Shown in pieces: positions 47,955 to 60,216 of a stretch of DNA of 64,000 nucleotides (within the stretch, counting starts at the first letter, position 1; every line of letters starts with the position of its first letter). A program made the position numbers and the translations under genes. Below the pieces are notes generated by a model. That model had not been told where the DNA came from and ran no database searches. It saw nothing but the letters and a program-made list of their open reading frames with translations. Origin of the DNA: Macrostomum hystrix (lineage: Eukaryota > Animalia > Platyhelminthes); contig CATNEN010000037.1 of NCBI GenBank assembly GCA_950097015.1, positions 4,340,001 to 4,404,000 of the forward strand. The letters run 5' to 3'.

Positions 47955-48274
47955 AAACTGGAACTTTTCAAAGCCTAAACTGGACCTCTTCAAAAAATCT
48001 AAACTGAACCTCTTCACAATCTAAAATGCCAAAACTGGACCTCTTCACAATCTAAACTGGACCTCTTCACAATCTAAACTGGACCTCTTCACAATCTAAA
48101 ATGCCAAAACTGGACCTCTTCACAATCTAAACTGGACCTCTTCACAATCTAAACTGGACCTCTTCACAATCTAAAATGCCAAAACTGGACCTCTTCAAAT
48201 TCTAAACAGGACCTCTTCACAATCTAAAATGCCAAAACAGGACCTATTCAAACCCGAAACTGGACCTCTTCAAA
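47955..48274. repeat. 22-bp minisatellite (aaactggacctcttcacaatct) with aaatgccaaa interruptions
   Basis: Tandem periodicity; inverted relative of 53070-53456. Confidence 0.9.
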
Positions 48275-51200
48275 ATCGATCTATTTTGTTTGTGCCCATT
48301 TGAAAAAAGTAAACGCACTCGTGTCAGTGCACTTTACATCAAATTTACAGTTTACAGTTTTATAGTACGTGAAAATGCAGATGGCTCTGGAGAAAGTGAG
48401 GAATAATGGAGGATTGAATAGGCAGAGAAGAGCCCGATGAGCTCGAGCAGTTCGGGCTGGAATTCTTGCACACATTAGCTGTTGGCACTCAGCTTGGTCA
48501 TCTATTATGCATCAGCTGGAATGCTGCTGAATAGTTCGCCGCGATGTTATCGTAAAAATGCATGAAGCCGAAATTATCGAGGAAAACTCGATACGAATAC
48601 AATACGTGTAGTACCGCCCTATCTACTGTACATAAGCATTGAAACAATGTAGAAATTAAACATGAACTGTGCTGTATTTCCACACGAGATTAGACCACGC
48701 ACAGGTGTGAATCCTACGAGGCGCCGTAATCGCAACACAAGCTGAAGCCTTTCACAGCGATTCAATTGTATGTACCAGCGTGCGTGCCTCAAATGCTTAC
48801 GGGGATTCGCTCGGCGAGAAGCTGACGCCCATTGCAGCATTAATCTGATGAGCATTCTATCCTGAGCAGTGCTATTTTTACACTATATCCAATTGTAAGT
48901 AGTGCCTAAGTTTCCACGATTGATGTACAAGAGATAAAAACTAAAAGGCTAAAAGCCCACAGCTTTGTAATCTATTCTACGCTCGTATTTTGAATTAAAT
49001 TGTCATGCATCGAAAATTTCCCCCAGTTTCATGGATAGGCTCTCCTATAGATTTTCATCTTAATCTCTATACATTCTCCCTATCTCTACGCATTTGCTTA
49101 AACTCTCTCTTGCTCATCACCTAGCTTCTGAAAAACCACACTCTATCGCTCACCCAACTGACAGTTAAAGTAAACATTTATGCCATTAAATTAAAACGCC
49201 CCACTTCCATTCCATCATAATAGCTGCATTGGCATCAAAATGTATAGAGACAAAAGCCTGCACTAAAGAACTGCTGCTTAAAATTTCATCTCCAACAACA
49301 TGTATATCCGATGCTGACAGAAATGGAAATAGAAACAGAAATTAAAATCGATCCGCTGAATAGATGTTTTCGTCAGTATTGGTTTTGGGTGGCTTTATGC
49401 TCAGTTAGGCTGACAAAACCAATATTTTTAGCATTAAAAAAAGTTCACAAAACGGCAGGAACAAAAAATAGAAGTTAGGAGAGCTGTCGTTTGTTTTAAC
49501 TTTCGAAGCTAACGAGCGTACATTAGTGTCATAGACTAGCAATAGATGCCCCCCTTCATAGGCCAGACGACAAATATGTTTATTCCAAGAAATAATAAAA
49601 GAAATAACAAGAAATAATATTTAATATAGCTAGCGAACTATACAAATTATTATTATTACCTATAGCTAGCCTAGCTACACTACAAATATAGCTAGTTAAA
49701 AAGTAGGCATTTTTCTTATTGCTACACTGCTAGTATAAGGGGCTTTAAAATTAGCATTACTTCAAAGTTAAAGTATAGGCATTAACGCATTAACGCAACA
49801 TCTAACATGTTATACACCGATGTACATGCCAAATTTTAGCATTAACGCAACTTCTAACATGTTATACACCGATGTACATGCCCACTTTTTGCATGTTATA
49901 ATCCGAATTCGTTAGAACGAATACATTAGTGCATTTATTAATATTATTACCTAGTAGTTTCTTCTTCACTTATATTTTATTTTCGTGTATTCGCATTCGT
50001 ATTCGTGTAAACGAGTTCTTAAAATAAATAAATACGTAAATGCAAGGGCAGCACCCAATAAAAAAAATAATAATAAAATAGCTAATTTAATTCCCACTTG
50101 TCAAATTGCCTCTTTCCTGTCCATTCCATCTTAAGGTAAATGCCCCTGTAGCAGTTTATACTTCTAACTATGTTATTATTATTATTACTAGATTATTATT
50201 TTGTCTTAGTCTAGTCTTTCCCCCAACGCTAGTTTTTCTGTTTTAGTATTTGCGCCATAGAGAATATTGTACAGTTTGTTCACTCACCCATCGCTCGTAA
50301 CTTCAGCTCTTATAAGTGATAAATAAAAAGCATATTGCACAGAGAAGAACTGAGCACGTATATTCACGATCAATTTTTATGAAGTAGCAGCAGCTATACA
50401 ACTCTTTATCTGGGACTGAGAACTCGTGATGCACTGTCATTGTGCCGCTCTTTAAAATTCCTCATTTAATTTACATGCCTTTTATGAGACAAGTCATTTT
50501 GGGGACTAAGACCGTGCTGAACACAGAGCAGCGCGTTGGACCACTCGGGCGAGTCCTTCCATGGAACTGCAGCTTCCGTTTTACCTCATGCATCGCACAG
50601 CAGCCCGGACTTTCGACTCTAAAAATATATACAAATCCCATTAGGGCGGCACCTCTTGTGCCCCTTCAGCTGCCTGGGAGGCGCTCATTTCGCTAATTAG
50701 TTGCTAGGCTGACCCGGTGCAATCCACCGATAGCCGGTTCTCACCCGATCTGTTTAAACTGCTCCGTAGGCGAGCCTCTGGAAACTAAAGCAACTCGGCC
50801 GCTCGGATACAAACTATTAATTATCCTTCCATTTGATACGCGTGGGCACAGATGCGTCAGCGAATGCATATTTTTATAATCAATTTTCATCAGCGACGGC
50901 TTCAAATGTCACCTAATTGATGTCTCAGCTACTCAGCGGCTCAGCTGCTCAGACAGCAGCTTGAAGTGTGCGGATGAAGCTAGTCAAATCAGGCCAAGAA
51001 TAAGAAGCAGCATTTCTATAATAGTAACGGGACACTCGCGCACTCACAACAGACTGCAGCTCAGCCTCTGATGCGCTACTCAAGAGAGACTCACGCAGGT
51101 TCAGGTGGGGAAGGAGAAATGAGGGGGCGGCAGCCTTAGCTGACTCTGTCTAGACTCGCATGCGTGATTTTCGCTGGTCTCGTGCGTGCACCTTAAATCG

Positions 51201-51885
51201 CCCCCCTTCGAGCTGTTTTCTCGCTCGCCGAGCAGCGGTGACTGATTGCTTAATTATCACTGAGTGAACGGAAATCGGTCTCTGCCCACATACAGCTTTT
51301 TCATTTCTTATCAGCAACAGACACGGAGAGCATCAACAGCCAGGTTTGCGAGGCCTGGCCTTTACAAAGTGCCGCCAACATATGGAGGCGGAATCCCACA
51401 TGTCACTCCGACTCCGCTTATATCCAGGCCATGTTTTTCATCCATCAATTGTAGGTATTGTGGGCAGATCACTCGGCCTGCGGCATGTGAAACTACAGCC
51501 TAGAGCACTGTGCCTCCCCGGTTCGCGTGACTAGCCAGCTTCCCAGCTCTCCAGCCTGCAGCCTGGAGCGTCGGGGATCGGAGGTTCGGAGTGGAGGTTG
51601 GCGCTTGTAGGCAACACGAGCAGAAACAACAGGCGAGGAAAATCCTTCAAAAGTAGAGGTGGGCGGCAGCAGACGGTGGCTGAAAAGTGGAGCTTCGTAT
51701 CTCTGCTCGGGATTGGACGACAGCCGGCACTGGCGCTGTATCCGGCGCTAGTTGAAGGGGAATACGGCGAGACTGGGACTCGGAAAACAGGGGATAGACA
51801 GATAGGAAGGGAGAGCTGAAGAAGACGAGGGAATTCCGGGCAGAGGATGCGAGTCTGAAAAATCTCTATTTCATCCCCGAGCCCT

Positions 51886-51893
51886 TATATAAG
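51886..51893 (+). promoter_or_regulatory. TATA box candidate for the synaptotagmin-like gene
   Basis: TATATAAG in GC-rich context ~100 nt upstream of the ATG at 51991. Confidence 0.5.
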
Positions 51894-51990
51894 CCGAGCC
51901 CCGATCAGCTGCAGTCGGCGCATCAGAAGAGAATCTTTGTAGCAGCAGCAAAGTTGTTGAAGCAATCGAACAGAACGCCGACAGGAAAGC

Positions 51991-54900
51991 ATGCAGAAAA
52001 CTGAGGCCTTCTTGCTGGCGGCCTGCGTAACAGCCCTCTGCCTGCTGCTCAGCGCCGCTGCTGCCATAACCTTCTGGCTGTGGCGTCGCCGGCGACACAG
52101 GAACATCAAGAAGAAGCCCCGCCACAGTATCTTCGCCGCGGCGATCGAAAACAGCGGCAGCGATAGCGCGATTAGCAGCAGCCGCCGTAGCAGCAGCGGC
52201 AGCAGATGCTGCTTCGCCTGGGTGTCGGCCGGCTCCGTTGACGAGACGGAGACCAGAAGCTGCGGCAGCGGAGGCGCAGTGGCCATGCAGCCGGCCAGCT
52301 ATCGGACGTTTAACCGCGGTGGCCGCCGCATCGGCAGCGACAACTCAGTTGAAGACCCGGCCAGCGCGGGCCGCCAAGTTCGCCGCGGAGTCGGCGGAGC
52401 AGTCGACTACCTGCGGCGCCAGCGGGCCCGCAGCCACGGTGACCTGCAGCAGCAGCAACAGCAGCAGCAGCAGCTGGACGAGAAGACATTGACTGGACAA
52501 AATGCCGATGCTGACACGACGACCTCGCTACTGGAGGAGTTCGGCATCGATGTCAGCCTCTACCGCGGCGTCGATGTGGCTGGGTCGGAGAGCGAGTCTG
52601 CGCGCCACGAGACCTCGCTTGGCCGGCTGTGTGTGCGTCTAGAAATGGAGTCAGGGAGCCGGCTGCTGGTGACTGTGCTGCAGGCGCGCCACCTAATGAG
52701 CCGTCTGCCCAGCAATGTCAGCCTGTTCTACGTCTCATTCCGTGCGGGCCCGGCAGGCGACAAATACCGAACTCAGCTGGTGAGCGCCGCCTGCAATCCG
52801 CAGTTCGGTGAGCGCCGTTTCGCTTTGAACTGCGGCAGCCGAGAGGCGGCTCGCGACTGGCTGCTGGCCTTCCGCGTCAAGGAGCGCTCCGCCACTTTCC
52901 GGGGCAAGCCGCAGCTGCTGGGCGAATGCAGCATCCCGGTGGCTCCGCTGCTCAACCTGGCCTGCGGCGGGCATGATTTCTGGCGCGAGCTGCAGACTCC
53001 GATGTCGGAGTTAACAGTGAGTCGTGCGAGCTTTTAGAAACTGGACCGGTGACACAGTGGTGATTTCTAGAGATCCAGTTTGGACTTTGAAGAGGTCCAG
53101 TTTGGACTTTGAAGAGGATCCAGTTTGGACTTTGAAGAGATCCAGTTTGGACTTTGAAGAGGTCCAGTTTAGGACTTTGAAGAGGTCCAGTTTAGACTTT
53201 GAAGAGATCCAGTTTGGACTTTGAAGAGGCCCAGTTTGGACTTTGAAGAGATCCAGTTTGGACTTTGAAGAGGTCCAGTTTGGACTTTGAAGAGATCCAG
53301 TTTGGACTTTGAAGAGATCCAGTTTGGACTTTGAAGAGGTCCAGTTTGGACTTTGAAGAGGTCCAGTTTGGACTTTGAAGAGGTCCAGTTTGGACTTTGA
53401 AGAGGTCCAGTTTAGACTTTGAAGAGGTCCAGTTTGGACTTTGAAGAGTTCTAGTTCGATACTTATTAGTAAAACGGAATCTTCCATGATTCTATTTTTA
53501 TAGCTGAAAATTATTATAAATTTAATACTTTCTGCTTTAGGCTTCACGAAGTTTTACAAGACCTTTTTGACGTGGTCACATCTTGATTAAAAAAGCTAGT
53601 AGTCAGTTCAAAAAACTTCTGTTCGTATTAAAGAACTGATGAAATCAGCTTGGAGTCAATTGGTCCAATTGGTCTTCAAACGAAGACTTTTAAGATAAAA
53701 AATAAAAAAGATAATCTACTAAAAAACTGCTTGTTCAAACGAAGCCATAAAATGTGGATTAACAATATTCTCATTTTCTAGCTTGTACAAATTCATATCA
53801 GCCATTCTCCATTGCCTACCGAGAGCCGCAGTCGTTTCCCTTACTAATTAAACAAATCTTTTTTGATGGACAGAGGTATCCAGTTTCGGCTAGACCAGCG
53901 CAATCATTCATATCGCGTCTCATATCAGATTTTTCATCCTCTCTTTCTATTAACTCCGCGAAGCCGTTGAATATATTACACATGCTAGAGTGATATGAAA
54001 TATAAGTGCAACGGGTCTAATCCTTCGATGAGATGCCACATCCCCTTTGGGCCACACCCTGTGTCGGCTGTGCGCAAGCCTTCTTTGTTCCCCGTTCAAC
54101 CCCCTCTGCTCAAATGGCTATCTATGGGAAAGTGTGCTCATCATCCCGCAGAGCCAGCCGGGGCGGCCCCACAGCCGGCTGCACGCCTCGCTTGCATACA
54201 GCCAGAAGCACCGCTTGCTTACAGTCGGCCTACTGGAGTGCAGCGATCTGCGCGTCAGGGACTCGGACGGTGAGAGCCGCTTTAGATAGTTGGATTCTGA
54301 TGGTAAACTGTAGGATTCTGATGGTAAACTGTAGGATTCGGATGGTAAACTGTAGGATTCGGATGGTAAACTGTAGGATTCGGATGGTAAACTGTAGGAT
54401 TCTGATGGTAAACTGTAGGATTCGGATGGTAAACTGTAGGATTCTGATGGTAAACTGTAGGATTCGGAGGGTAAACTGTAGGATTCTGATGGTAAACTGT
54501 AGGATTCGGAGGGTAAACTGTAGGATTCTGATGGTAAACTGTAGGATTCGGATGGTAAACTGTAGGATTCGGATGGTAAACTGTATGATTCGGATGGTAA
54601 ACTGTATGATTCTGATGGTAAACTGTAAAATTCAGTTGCTAAACTGTAGGATTCGGATGGTAAGCTGTAGGATTCTGTTGGCAAACTGTAGGATTCTGAT
54701 GGTAAGCTGTAGGATTCGGATGGTAAACTGTAGGATTCGGATGGTAAACTGTAGGATTCGGATGGTAAACTGTAGGATTCGGATGGTAAGCTGTAGGATT
54801 CTGTTGGCAAACTGTAGGATTCTGATGGTAAACTGTAGGATTCGGATGGTAAACTGTAGGATTCGGATGGTAAACTGTAGGATTCGGATGGTAAACTGTA

Positions 54901-56760
54901 GGATTCGGATGGTAAATTGTAGGATTCGGATGGTAAACTGTAGGATTCGGATGGTAAACTGTAGGATTCGGATGGTAAACTGTAGGATTCTGATGGTAAA
55001 CTGTAAAATTCAGTTGCTAAACTGTAGGATTCGGATGGTAAGCTGTAGGATTCTGTTGGCAAACTGTAGGATTCAGATGGTAAACTGTAGGATTCGGATG
55101 GTAAACTGTAGGATTCTAATGGTAAACTGTAGGATTCGGATGGTAAACTGTAGGATTCGGATGGTAAATTGTAGGATTCGGATGGTAAACTGTAGGATTC
55201 GGATGGTAAACTGTAGGATTCTAATGGTAAACTGTAGGATTCGGATGGTAAACTGTAGGATTCGGATGGTAAATTGTAGGATTCGGATGGTAAACTGTAG
55301 GATTCGGATGGTAAACTGTAGGATTCGGATGGTAAACTGTAGGATTCTGATGGTAAACTGTAGGATTCTCGGGCCTACAGACAGGCGCGAGATTAAAAAG
55401 AGCTAGATTCAAATGAACATATTGATATAATGTCAGTAAGAATAATTCACCTCAGAAATAAGATAGCAAGGCAGAAAGAACAGTCAGGAGGAAATGTGTG
55501 TGGCCTGCTTCGCAGTTGCCTAATCTCAGTCTTAAGCCAGTCACCGGACACTAATCCGGAATAAGAAATGGCCCAAAGTTTGTCCTGATCTCAATCGAGA
55601 GCAATGAGTTTGGCAGAAAAATATGATATTTTCATTTCGCATTAATGACCTATAGCAAGCTATGAGCTATGAGAGTTGATGACAACTAGCGATATACTAG
55701 TTCTGAGAACCTGATTACAAAATAAAAATTACATTTAACTAATAACTGGGTTAACGGGACTAATCTCGGTTAACGGAACCACTTGGATTAACGGAACTGC
55801 CTGGTTAACGGAACTGCCTGGGTTGACAGAACTGCCTGGGTAACGGAACTAACAGGGTTAATGGAAGTAACAGAACTAACAGAGTTACCGGAATAAACAT
55901 GAATAACGGAACTAAACAAATTAACGGAACTAACTAAATTAACGGAACTGACTAAGTTAACAAAAGCATAAGAATTAACTGAGCTGCCTGGTTTGAATGG
56001 AACTACAGATGTTAGCTGAACTAACAGGGTCAACGGAACTAACAGAATTAACGGAACTAACAGAATTAACGGAAATAACTGAATTGACGGAAGTAACTGA
56101 ATTAACGGAAATTACTGAATCAACTGAACTAACTGAATTAACGGAAAAAAACTGAATTAACGGAAATAACTGATTTAACGGAACTAACGTGGTTAACGGA
56201 ACTCCCTTGGTTAACGGAACAGCAGTGGTTATCGAAACTACCAGAGGTAAATCTAAGAAGTAAAATTAACGTAAACACAGGGTAAAATCAATTGAATGAA
56301 GATGAGGCAGAACTAATAGAATTAAAGAAACTATAAAAAGTAACGAAACGAAAAAAAATATTAGCGATACTAGCTTTATTAACGAAAGTAACAAGAATAA
56401 CAAGATCTTCCCAACTTGTATGCAGCTGCGGTCTTCTTTCGCGTCAGCCTGATGCGCCGCGACCGCACGGTGAAGGCTCGCAAAGGCCCGTCCTTGAAGT
56501 CGCCGAGCCCGTCAACTCTGGCCATCAGGCAGGAGTTCCGCTTCCGCATGGCCGCTGGCGCCGCCTCGGACGAGAGCGAGCTCTACCTGCTCATCCTGGT
56601 GTGCGCCCGCAGCCGCCTGATCATCGGCGGCTGCCGCCTGCTCGGCCGGGCTGTCATCGGCCCCGTCAGCGTGGCCGAAGGCGCCGGCGCCGCGCAGTGG
56701 AGCGACTGCTTCCGCAACCAGCCCAGCACTGTGCACCAGTGGCACGACATTTGCTACTGA
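51991..56760 (+). CDS. Synaptotagmin-like protein (N-terminal TM, linker, C2A, C2B); exons 51991-53016, 54152-54269, 56426-56760
   Basis: TM followed by a basic stop-transfer (WLWRRRRHR); C2A ([33 protein letters not shown]); C2B ([18 protein letters not shown]|..[34 protein letters not shown]); intron phases 0 and 1 are consistent. Confidence 0.82.
53070..53456. repeat. 22-bp minisatellite (ggactttgaagaggtccagttt), ~17 copies, synaptotagmin-like intron 1
   Basis: Tandem periodicity; begins ~55 nt after the donor. Confidence 0.95.
54292..55369. repeat. 21-bp minisatellite (gattcggatggtaaactgtag), ~51 copies, synaptotagmin-like intron 2
   Basis: Tandem periodicity; begins ~22 nt after the donor. 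Confidence 0.97.
55745..56230. repeat. Degenerate ~16-17-bp repeat built on ttaacggaact
   Basis: Recurring ttaacggaa(c/a)t core with variable spacers. Confidence 0.85.
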
Positions 56761-56814
56761 GGGCGGCGCGGAGGGCTGGGCCGACTGGGGCGAAGACTGG
56801 CTGGTCAGGAGAGA

Positions 56815-57000
56815 GGGTTAGATCCTCACTGGGGAGGGGTAGATTCTCACTGAGAAGGGGTAGATTCTCACTGGGGAGGGGTAGATTCTCGCTGAGAAGG
56901 AGTAGATTCTCACTGAGAAGGGGTAGATTCTCACTGGGGAGGGGTAGATTCTCACTGTGGAGATTATCACTGAGGAGTGGGAGATTCTATTGCCCCCTAT
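56815..57000. repeat. 21-bp minisatellite (ggtagattctcactgagaagg) decaying 3'-ward, ~55 nt after the synaptotagmin-like stop
   Basis: Tandem periodicity. Confidence 0.9.
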
Positions 57001-58003
57001 TCTACTATCGAGATTGTCGTAGAGACATGGTAGATTCTCATAGGGACTAGATTTCAGGAATGGCTGACTCCATTCAGGGACGGTGAGGTCTCGCCGAAGT
57101 GGGATTCTCATGGAGGAGGGGGAGATGCGGGTGATTCTCCCTGAGGGGAGATTTTCGTTTCGCGCTGAAGGTCGGTTAACCGCTCAAGAGGTAGGGGTTC
57201 TCACAGAGTCGTATATTCTTACTGGGTAGGAGGGTGAGATTATAGGCAAGAAGGGGATTGGATTCACTAAGATAATGCCTTATGATTTTTAAAAGCGAAG
57301 GTATTATGAAAAGTGATTATTTAAGCAAAGTTTACTTCAGAGCCGGTAAAAATGCTGCTGATGTAATCTGCGAGACAGCGGAGCAGACGGTGGAGATAAA
57401 AGCAGACAACTGACAAGAGCAAGCAGCCCGCACAAATCCACAGAGAATTTCAAATGAGAGCAGATGGACGCGGATAAATGACGACCAGCCATCCATTTTA
57501 GACTCTCGAATCGCTCGAATAGCACGAATGTAATACTGATTTCAGCACACAGACAGAAGCAAAAATAGACGGACCATATCTAGTTATCATGCCCTGTTGC
57601 TGTTGAACAAGTCATGCTTAATTCATTAGCACTTTTTTGTTAAATAAACAGCCCCCTTACTCGAAGCTAGCACCTGCGACAGGTAAAGAAATCCCAATGC
57701 GTTATTAACCTTTAGCTAGAATTTATTATTCCCTTAAGAAAGCAAAATCTGTTTCGCAAAATACTAAATTTATCTATTTTTGGAGAACAATTTCGACAGA
57801 CACCCCCAATATTCGATTCATGCACGACCATGAGCCGCTGCTTTACGACACTCGAAAATACACGACGCAGATGTTTTATACGACTTGAAGAGTCGCAAAA
57901 TGCATAAATTTGCTCTGCCTGACTTTCAGAACTGTCTCTTATGGGCCATAGTAGCAGGTCGGATGACTTACTCCGACTTATCTGACCGACTAAAGGAAGA
58001 TTC

Positions 58004-58398
58004 AGGGGGCACGGATGTGCAGAAGGATCTGGGGGACACGGATGTGCAGAAGGATCTGGGGGACACGGATGTGCAGAAGGATCTGGGGGACACGGATGTG
58101 CAGAAGGATCTGGGGGACACGGATGTACAGAAGGATCTGGGGGACACGGATGTGCAGAAGGATCTGGGGGACACGGATGTACAGAAGGATCTGGGGGACA
58201 CGGATGTGCAGAAGGATCTGGGGGACACGGATGTGCAGAAGGATCTGGGGGACACGGATGTGCAGAAGGATCTGGGGGACACGGATGTGCAGAAGGATCT
58301 GGGGGACACGGATGTACAGAAGGATCTGGGGGACACGGATGTACAGAAGGATCTGGGGGACACGGATGTACAGAAGGAACTGGGGGACACGGATGTGC
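58004..58398. repeat. 27-bp minisatellite (gggggacacggatgtgcagaaggatct), ~14 copies
   Basis: Tandem periodicity. Confidence 0.96.
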
Positions 58399-60216
58399 AT
58401 GTACATAAAAACGTAGCTGCTCGAATCATTGTTTTTCGATTTCTAAAAAAAGCAAGGCATTTTTACAAGCCAGCATTGTGAAATTGTGCTTCAATATATT
58501 AGTGCTGTGCGCAAATGGCGCGCTGTTATCAGCGAGAGCGGAAAAAGTTGTTAACTATTTTATTTACTAATATTTCGTAAAATTTATTACATATATATAT
58601 TATAAGGATCTAAATAGGATGTGTATTGTGGTAGTCTCTATGCAGATGTGCTGTCTAGCAAGCACTCGTACTCGTTGCACGCACAACAGGACATACAAAG
58701 TGCTTCTTAAACAAAGGTGCGAAAAGAGAATCAAGGACAGAGAGTGAGTGAGCATTTAGATAGACCTTTGTCATACGAAACAATGTAATTTTGAAATGCC
58801 CTCCAAGGTCATTGGGGTTGGGGCGTTTACCCACAAAAAGTCCACTCTAATCCCTAAATCCCTAAACTTCACCTCCCATTAACTCTAGCAAGAGTTATCG
58901 AATAAAATCTGTTAAGGTAATCCTACAAAGCAAAAATTACGCTAGTGTGTCGAGTGTGACATGTGGGGTGTTAATTTTGTGGGATATGACATTTTTGAGT
59001 TTTGAAATTTTGGGATTTGTGAAAGCAGCTCAACGGGAATCACACCATCTCACTCTTTGTCACACCCTCACACTCTCCTTTCTCAGATGCGTTCATGGCT
59101 GGAGCGAATCAGGTTAGATGATACAGTAAACAGGTTAAACAACAGGCGGGCATGTGTGTATGAGGATAGTATGACAACTATGCGATGGATGAAAAAACTG
59201 AGTAGAACTCTAAAGGATAAATGGGATTGATGGAGAGAAAAAAAGTGACGAACAAAAAGATGAGGATAACTGATAACAATTTCAGACAGAAAAAACTCTC
59301 AAGCTTATAAGCAGCAGTGGCGTAAATCACAAAACATTTTGTTGCTACTGGCGATTGCGGCTAGTAGACAGGTTAGGATTTTAGCCAGACAATTCTGACA
59401 GAAAAGTTTATGACTGCTTGGCTAAACAGGTTGGAGAAACATACGGCCATCCAGGGCCTTCGACTGCTCCTTCTAAGTCTATGTATACACAGACAAATGA
59501 CAATTATTTAGAAATAAGTAAATTATTGATAACACTGACTAAGCATGAGAGAGATCACTATAAACTAGCACACTACCAGATTGAATTCAAAGTTTCAAAT
59601 GTTATATAAAAACTTACTAAATATTAGATTTAACAACAATAACTAGTCTTATAGCAGGCTGTCAACCCAACAGTATTTTATAATGCAGCATACTATGCGT
59701 TGCTATAAATTTGGTACTGTCAAATGGTAACAAGGTCAACAAAGCATTCATGACTCATCTAACCCCACTACTGTAACAAGCCCTAAAATACGATAAGCGG
59801 TCGGTGTTTGACTTGTCGTAAATGTTAACAATATTGATCTTCAGATACTATAATATTATATGAATTATACACAGTATATACGCGGCAAACATGAAAGAAT
59901 GAATGAATCAGCGATTAACCAGACGTTAACACTCTTTATAAAACAAAAAAACGTTATATACTATACTACTTACTAAATCTGTATGTACGAGTAACTTGCA
60001 AGAACTATCGTAAAGCTAATTAGTGACAAGGCACATTTCTAGTACACGGAAATAATTTGTGCATTGTTAACATACGATTTATATTAACAAATCACAGCAG
60101 ATGTTATTAAATTCCTGAAAGTGCACTGATTAAAACAAGATGACCTTAAAAGAGACGTCAAATATATTATTGCAAAAGGTAGTTCGGCTTGACGTCAACA
60201 ATAGATCAGATTTCTA

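Noticed and set aside
9008-56745. Antisense and alternate-frame ORFs overlapping MBTPS2, CYP, TRPA, NTAQ1 and SYT-like exons
   Set aside because: Expected by-product of GC-rich coding sequence with few off-frame stops.
58845-58870. ccctaaatccctaaa telomere-like motif
   Set aside because: Only about two copies, which is compatible with chance.
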